From assembly GCF_000017305.1 (NCBI RefSeq), contig NC_009664.2, positions 330,001 to 362,000 of the forward strand: a DNA stretch of 32,000 bases, in the 5' to 3' direction. The notes beneath the pieces are model-generated. The model did not search any database and had not been told where the DNA came from. It was given only the letters and a program-made list of their open reading frames with translations. How positions within the stretch are numbered: the first letter of the stretch is position 1; each line of letters opens with the position of its first letter. Source of the stretch: Kineococcus radiotolerans SRS30216 = ATCC BAA-149. GTDB taxonomy: Bacteria; Actinomycetota; Actinomycetes; Actinomycetales; Kineococcaceae. Below are positions 25,593 through 32,000 of the stretch, one piece after another. The translations under genes and the position numbers were made by a program.

Positions 25593-25728
25593 CGCTGGCT
25601 CCCCCTGACGGCTCGGGTCGCTCCGGGTCCTGCGACCCGGCTCGTGCTCCGACACTAACCCCCGCGCGCCCGCACCGCCGGGGTTCGGGGCCCCCGCGGC
25701 GGGGTGGCGCGGTCCCGCGGCGGGGTCC

Positions 25729-27354
25729 TCAGGAGCCGGTGAGCGCGGCGACGAGCTCCTCGGCGGTCTCGCAGCGGTCCAGCAGGGCCCCGACGTGCTC
25801 GCGGGTCCCCCGCAGCGGCTCCAGGGTGGGGACCCGCTGCAGGGCCCCGCGCCCGGCGACGTCGAAGATCACCGAGTCCCAGCTGGCGGCGGCGACCCGC
25901 GGGCCGTAGCGGGCCAGGCACTCCCCGCGGAAGTAGGCGCGGGTGTCGGTGGGCGGGTGCGACACGGCGCGCCGCACGGCCTCGGGGTCCAGCAGGCGCT
26001 CGACCTGGCCCCGTTCGGCCAGCTTGAGGTACAGCCCCTTCTCCGGGCGCACGTCGGACCACTGCAGGTCCACCGCGGCCAGGCGGGCGTGGTCCCAGTC
26101 CAGCCCGTCGCGGGAGCGGTAGCCCTCCAGCAGCCGCAGCTTCGCGACCCAGTCGACCTCGCGCGCGGCGGAGAACACGTCGGTCTCCAGCTTCGCCAGG
26201 ACCTGCTCCCAGCGCAGCAGGACCTCGGCGGTGTCGGCGTCGACGTCGTCGCCGTAGCGGTCGGCGACGAAGGCCTGCGCCGCCTCCAGGTAGGCCCGCT
26301 GCAGCTGCACCGCCGTCATGCGGCGCCCGTCGCGCAGCCGCACCAGGTGGGTCAGGCCCGGGTCGTGGGACACCTCGTGCAGGGCCCGCACCGGCTCCGC
26401 GAGCAGCAGGTCCCCCGCCGGCCCGCCCGCCAGCGCCCCCGCCTCCAGCATCGAGAGCACCAGCGAGGTCGTGCCGACCTTCAGCAGCGTCGCGACCTCG
26501 CACATCGTGGCGTCGCCGACGATGACGTGCAGCCGGCGGTACTTCTCGGCCGTGGCGTGCGGCTCGTCGCGGGTGTTGATGATGGGCCGCTTCATGGTGG
26601 TCTCCAGCCCCACCTCGACCTCGAAGAAGTCCGCCCGCTGGCTGATCTGGAACCCGGGCACGGCGGAGTCCTGGCCGATGCCGACGCGCCCGGCGCCGGT
26701 GAAGACCTGGCGGGAGACGAAGAACGGCGTGAGGTGGCGCACGACGTCGCCGAAGGCCGTGGAGCGGTTCATGAGGTAGTTCTCGTGGGTGCCGTAGGAG
26801 GCGCCCTTGCCGTCGGTGTTGTTCTTGTAGATGGTCACCGGCGTCAGCCCCGGGGTCGCGGCGACCCGGCGCAGCGCCTCGAGCAGGATCAGCTCCCCCG
26901 CCCGGTCCCACAGCACCGCGTCGCGGGGGGTGAGGACCTCCGGGGAGGAGTACTCCGGGTGGGCGTGGTCGACGTAGAAGCGCGCCCCGTTGGTGAGGAT
27001 GACGTTGGCCATCGTCGGGTCCTCGGTCTCGGCGCTCACCACGTCGGAGGCGTTGGGCGCCGCGCGCCGCGTCCCCGCCGCCCGGCCGGGGGCGTCGGTC
27101 AGCTGGGAGGGGTGGGCCCGGGCCCGGTCCAGCTCGAAGCCGCGCGCGTCGCGCAGCGGGGCCTCGTCCTCGTAGTCCCAGCGGGCGCGCGAGCCCCCGC
27201 CCGCCCCGGCCAGGGAGGAGCGCATCGACCCCGTCGCCGGGGCGGCGTAGGCGTTGACGACCTGGGCCGAGAGCAGCATCGGGTTGGCGCCCGGGTCCCC
27301 CGGCACCGAGATGCCGTACTCGGTCTCGATCCCTGTCACGCGCCGCACCGTCAT
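25729..27354 (-). CDS. dop: Pup deamidase/depupylase Dop
   Basis: 541 aa. It begins [15 protein letters not shown] and is a PafA paralogue ([49 protein letters not shown]). It has the extra Dop loop (about residues 40-100, Arg/Ala-rich). It lies immediately upstream of pup. Confidence 0.95.
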   Translation of the reverse strand: MTVRRVTGIETEYGISVPGDPGANPMLLSAQVVNAYAAPATGSMRSSLAGAGGGSRARWDYEDEAPLRDARGFELDRARAHPSQLTDAPGRAAGTRRAAPNASDVVSAETEDPTMANVILTNGARFYVDHAHPEYSSPEVLTPRDAVLWDRAGELILLEALRRVAATPGLTPVTIYKNNTDGKGASYGTHENYLMNRSTAFGDVVRHLTPFFVSRQVFTGAGRVGIGQDSAVPGFQISQRADFFEVEVGLETTMKRPIINTRDEPHATAEKYRRLHVIVGDATMCEVATLLKVGTTSLVLSMLEAGALAGGPAGDLLLAEPVRALHEVSHDPGLTHLVRLRDGRRMTAVQLQRAYLEAAQAFVADRYGDDVDADTAEVLLRWEQVLAKLETDVFSAAREVDWVAKLRLLEGYRSRDGLDWDHARLAAVDLQWSDVRPEKGLYLKLAERGQVERLLDPEAVRRAVSHPPTDTRAYFRGECLARYGPRVAAASWDSVIFDVAGRGALQRVPTLEPLRGTREHVGALLDRCETAEELVAALTGS

Positions 27355-27373
27355 GGTGTCGACCCTACGCAGG

Positions 27374-28570
27374 TCACTCCGTGCGCAGCGCCACCACCGG
27401 GTCCAGGCGCCCGGCCCGCCGGGCGGGGAACACCCCGAAGAAGATCCCGACGCCGGCGGAGACGACGAAGGCGACCACCGGGCTCCACCACTCGATGCTC
27501 GCCGGCAGCGGGGAGAGCCGGTCCACCGCCAACGACCCCGCCACCCCGATGACGATGCCGATGAGGCCGCCGACGGTGGTGAGCAGGACGGCCTCGACGA
27601 GGAACTGGACCAGGACGTCGCGCTGGCGCGCCCCCAGCGCCTTGCGCAACCCGATCTCGCGGGTCCGCTCGCGCACCGAGACGAGCATGATGTTCGACAC
27701 CCCCACCCCGCCCACGAGCAGCGAGATCCCCGCGATGGCGGCCAGCACCGCGGTGAGCAGGCCGAGGATCTGGCCGATGACCCCGAGGATCTGCGTCTGG
27801 GTCACGGCGCTGAAGGTCTGGTCGGGGTACTCCGCCTTCATCGCCCGCCACAGCCGCTCCGACAGCTGCGGCACGACGTCGGCCGAGGGCGCCCTCACCG
27901 CGAACGCGTCGACGCGGTCGATGCCGAGGAGGCGCTGCGCCGTCGTGATCGGGACGTGGATCTCGTTGTCCTGCGAGACCCCGAAGCTCTCGCCCTGCTC
28001 CTCCAGCACCCCGATGACCTGGAACCGGGTGCCGGAGACGGTCACCTGGCGGCCCACCGGGTCCGTCCCGGGGAAGAGGTTCGTCGCGGCCTGCGAGCCC
28101 AGGACCGCCACCCGCCGGCGGGCGTCGACGTCGACGGAGGTGAAGTACTGCCCCTCCGCGACGGGGCGGTTCAGGACCCGCGGCAGGTTCTGGTCCGCGC
28201 CCTGGACGGTGACGAACCGCTCCACCGAGCCCGCCCGCACCTGCGCCCCGGAGGAGATCCGGGCCGTGACGGCGTCCTCGTCGCCGACGACGTCGGCCAG
28301 CACCCGGCCGTCGCCGATCTGCATCGTCGAGGTGGCGGGGCCGTTGGAGGAGAAGTCGTTGGTGTTGAACTGTCCCGGGACGACGAGGATGAGGTTGGAG
28401 CCCAGCCCCTCGACCTGCGACTCGATCTGGTTGCGGGCCCCGGAGCCGATGGAGACGACGACGATGACGGCGGCGATGCCGATGATGATGCCCAGCATCG
28501 TCAGCAGGCTGCGCACCCGGTTGCCGCGCAGCGCGTCGAGGGCGACGCGGAACGCTTCGAAGCCCTTCAC
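27374..28570 (-). CDS. ABC transporter permease, MacB/FtsX family
   Basis: 398 aa. The GTG start overlaps the ATPase stop (GTGA). The layout is N-terminal TM, a periplasmic domain of about 220 aa, then the FtsX-type three-TM C-terminus ([30 protein letters not shown]). Confidence 0.85.
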   Translation of the reverse strand: MKGFEAFRVALDALRGNRVRSLLTMLGIIIGIAAVIVVVSIGSGARNQIESQVEGLGSNLILVVPGQFNTNDFSSNGPATSTMQIGDGRVLADVVGDEDAVTARISSGAQVRAGSVERFVTVQGADQNLPRVLNRPVAEGQYFTSVDVDARRRVAVLGSQAATNLFPGTDPVGRQVTVSGTRFQVIGVLEEQGESFGVSQDNEIHVPITTAQRLLGIDRVDAFAVRAPSADVVPQLSERLWRAMKAEYPDQTFSAVTQTQILGVIGQILGLLTAVLAAIAGISLLVGGVGVSNIMLVSVRERTREIGLRKALGARQRDVLVQFLVEAVLLTTVGGLIGIVIGVAGSLAVDRLSPLPASIEWWSPVVAFVVSAGVGIFFGVFPARRAGRLDPVVALRTE

Positions 28571-29397
28571 GCCCCGCCTCCCGCCGCGGTGTCGCGCTCG
28601 ATGAGGCCGTCGCGGACCCGCACCTGCCGCCGGGCGCGGGCGGCCACCTCGTCGTCGTGGGTGACCAGGACCACCGCCACCCCGCGCTCGGAGTTCAGCT
28701 CCTCGAGGATGCGCATGACCTCCGCGCCGTTCTTCGTGTCCAGGTTGCCCGTCGGCTCGTCGGCCAGCAGGATCCGCGGGCTCCCCACCAGGGCCCGCGC
28801 GATCGCCACCCGCTGCTGCTCACCGCCGGACATCTGGGTGGGCCGGTGGGTGAGGCGGTGCCCCAGGTTCACCGACCGCAGCGCCGCCGCCGCCAGCTCC
28901 CGGCGCTCGGGCGCCTTCACCCCGCGGTACAGCAGCGGCAGGGCCACGTTGTCCATCGCGCTGGAGCGCGGGAGCAGCTGGAAGGCCTGGAAGACGAACC
29001 CGATCTCCTGGTTGCGCAGCTGGGCCAGCTCCGCGTCGGAGAGGGTGGCGACGTCGCGGCCGCCGACCCGCAGGACCCCCGAGGTGGGCCGGTCCAGGCA
29101 GCCCAGCAGGTGCATCAGCGTCGACTTCCCCGAACCGCTGGGGCCCACGATCGCGGTGTACTCCCCCTCGGCCACGGTGAAGCTGACCCCGCGCAGCGCG
29201 TCCACGGTGGTGTCGCCGAACCGGTAGGACCGGGTCACCTCGACCGCCTCGATGGCGGCCGCGCGCGCCGCCGGGCGCGCCTCGGGAGCGGGGGTCAGCG
29301 CGTGCTCCTGGTCGTGGGTCTGGTCGTGGGTCTGGTCGTGGGTCTGGTCGTGGGGCTCCTCGCGGGTCCGCGGGAGGCTCGGGCCCGGTCCGGTCAC
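28567..29397 (-). CDS. ABC transporter ATP-binding protein (MacB-type), with an N-terminal His/Asp repeat extension
   Basis: The GTG at 29397..29395 overlaps the adaptor TGA (GTGA). Walker A is GPSGSGKST, the signature is MSGGEQQRVAIARAL, and Walker B is ILLADEPTGNLD. The N-terminus reads VTGPGPSLPRTREEPHDQTHDQTHDQTHDQEHALTPAPE. The tracked 712-aa ORF is an upstream shadow. Confidence 0.9.
   Translation of the reverse strand: MTGPGPSLPRTREEPHDQTHDQTHDQTHDQEHALTPAPEARPAARAAAIEAVEVTRSYRFGDTTVDALRGVSFTVAEGEYTAIVGPSGSGKSTLMHLLGCLDRPTSGVLRVGGRDVATLSDAELAQLRNQEIGFVFQAFQLLPRSSAMDNVALPLLYRGVKAPERRELAAAALRSVNLGHRLTHRPTQMSGGEQQRVAIARALVGSPRILLADEPTGNLDTKNGAEVMRILEELNSERGVAVVLVTHDDEVAARARRQVRVRDGLIERDTAAGGGA
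29308..29355 (-). repeat. 12-bp tandem repeat x4 (ctggtcgtgggt) inside the ATPase 5' end
   Basis: There are three perfect copies at 29308-29343 and a fourth with one terminal mismatch at 29344-29355. The repeat is in frame (4 codons) and encodes (HDQT)3-HDQE. Confidence 0.9.
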
Positions 29398-30818
29398 GGG
29401 ATCCGCTGCCCCGGGGTGACGTCGGCCGCGCCCTGGGTGACGATCTCCTCGCCCGCCGCGAGCCCGTCGGTGATCTCCACGTCGGAGTCCCCGCGCACGC
29501 CCACGACGACCTCGCGGCGCTGGGCCTCGCCCCCGGAGACGACCCACACCGTGTCCGAGTCCGGGGAGCCGTTCTGCGCCCCCGCCCGCACCAGCGCCGA
29601 CGCCGGGACCTCCACGACGTCGGTGACGCTGCGCACCACCAGCGAGACCGACGCGGACATCCCCGGCAGCGGGGTCGCCGCCGGCTCCCCGTCCGGGCCG
29701 GTCCCGCCGTCGTAGCTCAGCCGCACCGTGTACGTCACCGCGCCCCCGCCACCGCCCCGGGCGGTGGGGTCCACGCTGGTCACCGTGGCGCGGTAGCGCG
29801 CCCCCGCCACCGCGTCGACCGTCACGTCCGCCGCGACCCCCGGCTGCACCGAGAGCACGTCGGTCTCGTCGACGTCGGCGGTCAGGCTGAGCGTGGAGGC
29901 GTCGATCACGCTGAGCACCGTCGAGCCCGCGGCCACCGCCGCCCCCTGCGCCAGCACCGGGGCTCCCGCCGCCCCGGCGTCCCCGCCGCCCAGCGCGCCC
30001 TGGGGGACCTGCACCCCGGAACCGGCCAGCAGCTGCTCCGCGCCCGCGGGCAGGGCGGGCGAGCCCGCCCCGCCGGTGGCGGCCAGCGACACCTTCCCCG
30101 AGATCGGGGCCTTCACCGTCAGGGCGTCCACCGTGGCCCGCGCCGCGGCCACCGCGGCCCGCGTCTGCACCCGCTGGGCCTGCCCCAGCGACTCCACCGC
30201 GGAGTCCAGGTTGCCCAGCCCGGAGTTCACCTGGTCCACCAGCGCCTGCGTCTGGGAGGACAGCAGCTGGTACTGCGTGCGCGAGGACTGCACCGCGGCC
30301 AGGGCCGCGGCGCGCGCCGCCGGGTCGGCGATGGCCTGGGCCTGCTGCTCGGCCTCGGCGAAGCGCGCCTGCGCGTCCGCCGCCGCCCGCCGCTGCTGGG
30401 CCGCCACCTGCGAGGAGCTCCTCGCCGAGGACCCCGAGGAGGCCGAGGAGGCCGCCTCCGCGTCGGCGGCCTCGGCCTGCTCCAGGTTCGCCTCCGCCGA
30501 GGGGGAGTCGATCGTCATGAGCACGTCGCCCGCCGCGACCTGCTGCCCGTCGGCCACCAGCAGCGTCGCCACCGTCCCCGCCGCGGGGGCCTTCACGACC
30601 GCGGAGGCCCGCGGCTGCACCGTCCCCGGGGCGTCGACGACCTCGGCGACGTCGCCGCGCGCCACGGCCGCCGTGCTCGTCACCGGCTCGTCGTCGGAAC
30701 CGCACCCCGCCGCGACCACCAGGACGGTGACCCCCACCGCCGCAGCGGAAGAGGCGCGGAGGAGGGGGGATCGGAGGAGACGCCGGGACGGGCGCGGACT
30801 GGTGGAGGCGGCGGGCAC
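29394..30818 (-). CDS. efflux periplasmic adaptor (HlyD/MacA membrane-fusion family) lipoprotein
   Basis: 474 aa with a GTG start. The signal has a lipobox (VLVVAAGC). The domain order is barrel-sandwich (VVKAPAAGTVATLLVADGQQVAAGDVLMTID), a long Ala/Gln coiled-coil hairpin, a second lipoyl half (VKAPISGKV), then beta-barrel/MP domains. It is first in a three-gene overlapping operon. Confidence 0.8.
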   Translation of the reverse strand: MPAASTSPRPSRRLLRSPLLRASSAAAVGVTVLVVAAGCGSDDEPVTSTAAVARGDVAEVVDAPGTVQPRASAVVKAPAAGTVATLLVADGQQVAAGDVLMTIDSPSAEANLEQAEAADAEAASSASSGSSARSSSQVAAQQRRAAADAQARFAEAEQQAQAIADPAARAAALAAVQSSRTQYQLLSSQTQALVDQVNSGLGNLDSAVESLGQAQRVQTRAAVAAARATVDALTVKAPISGKVSLAATGGAGSPALPAGAEQLLAGSGVQVPQGALGGGDAGAAGAPVLAQGAAVAAGSTVLSVIDASTLSLTADVDETDVLSVQPGVAADVTVDAVAGARYRATVTSVDPTARGGGGGAVTYTVRLSYDGGTGPDGEPAATPLPGMSASVSLVVRSVTDVVEVPASALVRAGAQNGSPDSDTVWVVSGGEAQRREVVVGVRGDSDVEITDGLAAGEEIVTQGAADVTPGQRIP

Positions 30819-30932
30819 GCGGTCACCCTAGGCCTTGGCACCCCCGCGCGAGTCCTCCTCAGGGTGAGGTCTTCGCCACCTCCGCATCCCCCCTGGGTCG
30901 CACCCCGGCCACCCCCGCCTAACCTGCGGCGG

Positions 30933-31508
30933 GTGAGCAGCCCCGGTGAGGAACTCGTGGACCTCTACGACCCGGCCGACGACGCCGGGCGCGTCACCGG
31001 CCGCGCCCCGCGCCGGGAGGTCCGCGCCCGCAACCTGCCCCACGCCGCCACCGGGGTGCTGCTGCGGGACGGGACGCCGGGCGGGCGCGGGCGCGTCCTC
31101 GTCCACCGCCGCACCACCACCAAGGACCTCAACCCCGGCGCCCACGACTGCCTCGCCGGCGGGGTCGTCGACGCCGGGGAGGACCCCCTCGACGCCGCCC
31201 ACCGGGAGCTGCGCGAGGAGCTCGGGATCGACGCGGAGCTGCGCCCCGTCCTGACCCGCTGGTACCGCGACGACACCGCCCACTACCTGGCCCACGTCTA
31301 CGAGGCCCGCTGGGACGGCCGTCCCCTCACCCTGCAGCCCAGCGAGGTCGCGCGGGCGTGGTGGGAGGACACCGCCACCCTGCGCCGGCGCCTGGAGGAC
31401 CCCGGGTGGCCCTTCGTCCCCGACACCCGGGCGCTGCTGGCGGCCTGGCCCGGCTGGTGGGAGGACCCGCACCCCGACGCCACCGCGGGCCGCACCCCCT
31501 CCGCGTGA
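30933..31508 (+). CDS. NUDIX hydrolase
   Basis: A perfect Nudix box, GVVDAGEDPLDAAHRELREELGI, matches Gx5Ex7REUxEExGU. I prefer the GTG start at 30933 (VSSPGEELVDLYD). The tracked start at 30864 adds a Pro-rich shadow. Confidence 0.8.
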   Translation: MSSPGEELVDLYDPADDAGRVTGRAPRREVRARNLPHAATGVLLRDGTPGGRGRVLVHRRTTTKDLNPGAHDCLAGGVVDAGEDPLDAAHRELREELGIDAELRPVLTRWYRDDTAHYLAHVYEARWDGRPLTLQPSEVARAWWEDTATLRRRLEDPGWPFVPDTRALLAAWPGWWEDPHPDATAGRTPSA

Positions 31509-31554
31509 GGGGGTGCGGCCCGCGGCGACGGGACGGGGAGCGCCTCGGGGGCGG

Positions 31555-32000
31555 TTAGAGGTACTGCCCCGTGTTGGCGACCGTGTCGATCGAGCGGCCG
31601 GCCTCGGTGCCCTTCTTGCCCTGCATCAGGGTGCGGATGAAGACGATCCGCTCCCCCTTCTTGCCCGAGATCCGCGCCCAGTCGTCGGGGTTCGTCGTGT
31701 TGGGGAGGTCCTCGTTCTCCTTGAACTCGTCGACGCAGGCGCTCATCAGGTGGTCCACCCGCACGCCCTTCTGGCCCAGGGTGAGCAGGTCCTTGATGGC
31801 CATCTTCTTCGCGCGGTCCACGATGTTCTGGATCATCGCGCCGGAGTTGAAGTCCTTGTAGTACAGGACCTCCTTGTCGCCCCCGGCGTAGGTCACCTCG
31901 AGGAACTCGTTCTCCTCGGTCTCGGTGTACATGCGCTCCACCGTGGCCCGGATCATCGCGTCCACGGTGGCCTGCTTCGTGCCGCCGTTCACCGCGACGT
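31555..32000 (-). CDS. arc: proteasome-associated AAA ATPase ARC/Mpa, C-terminal part (gene continues beyond the right edge)
   Basis: The C-terminal 148 codons end in ...TVANTGQYL followed by TAA. GQYL is the 20S-docking tail of Mpa/ARC. The upstream sequence ([46 protein letters not shown]) is typical of the family. Confidence 0.9.
   Translation of the reverse strand, partial: VAVNGGTKQATVDAMIRATVERMYTETEENEFLEVTYAGGDKEVLYYKDFNSGAMIQNIVDRAKKMAIKDLLTLGQKGVRVDHLMSACVDEFKENEDLPNTTNPDDWARISGKKGERIVFIRTLMQGKKGTEAGRSIDTVANTGQYL

Noticed and set aside
25593-25655. The 86-aa version of the pup ORF, starting at GTG 25655.
   Set aside because: The extra 21 codons ([21 protein letters not shown]) have no Shine-Dalgarno, whereas ATG 25592 has GGGGGAG at the ideal distance. 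Pup proteins are about 60-70 aa.
27355-31554. The idea that the exporter and NUDIX insertion between arc and dop is a mobile or horizontally acquired island.
   Set aside because: There is no integrase, transposase, flanking direct repeat or tRNA. Composition and codon usage look the same as in the neighbouring core genes. A k-mer or GC3 comparison and synteny in relatives would be needed to argue otherwise.

Overview
This is a very high-GC actinobacterial core-chromosome segment (roughly 73-75% GC by eye, with codon third positions almost all G/C). I saw no transposase, integrase, CRISPR array, tRNA or rRNA. I can support about 32 protein genes, and many are chained by 4-nt GTGA start/stop overlaps.

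Right two-thirds (about 9.9-32 kb): this is the conserved Pup-proteasome / PafBC / Tat / HelY block. It is syntenic with M. tuberculosis Rv2090-Rv2115c. In window order it contains:
- a 5'-3' exonuclease and a methyltransferase
- helY, dagK, tatC and tatA
- an orphan zinc-ribbon ORF
- pafC and pafB
- a divergent DUF3866-like gene
- two FKBP isomerases
- pafA, prcA, prcB, pup and dop
- a three-gene MacAB-type exporter and a NUDIX gene
- the 3' end of arc/mpa

Left third: a secreted coiled-coil M15 peptidase, a glycerophosphodiesterase, an Atg22-like MFS transporter, rbpA, fxsA, lnt, an amidohydrolase and a lipoprotein.

The dominant system is pupylation plus the 20S proteasome, which is already described biology. 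I found no convincing new multi-gene system. The less ordinary items are:
- the exporter wedged between arc and dop, ending 19 nt before dop
- a 12-bp x4 repeat encoding (HDQT)n on the exporter ATPase
- an uncharacterised C4 zinc-ribbon gene between pafC and tatA
- the DUF3866-like gene sharing a 67-bp control region with pafBC
- a 117-nt near-perfect inverted repeat between convergent genes
- several candidate promoters and operators

All coordinates were hand-indexed and may be off by 1-2 nt. All family assignments come from motif recognition, not from searches.
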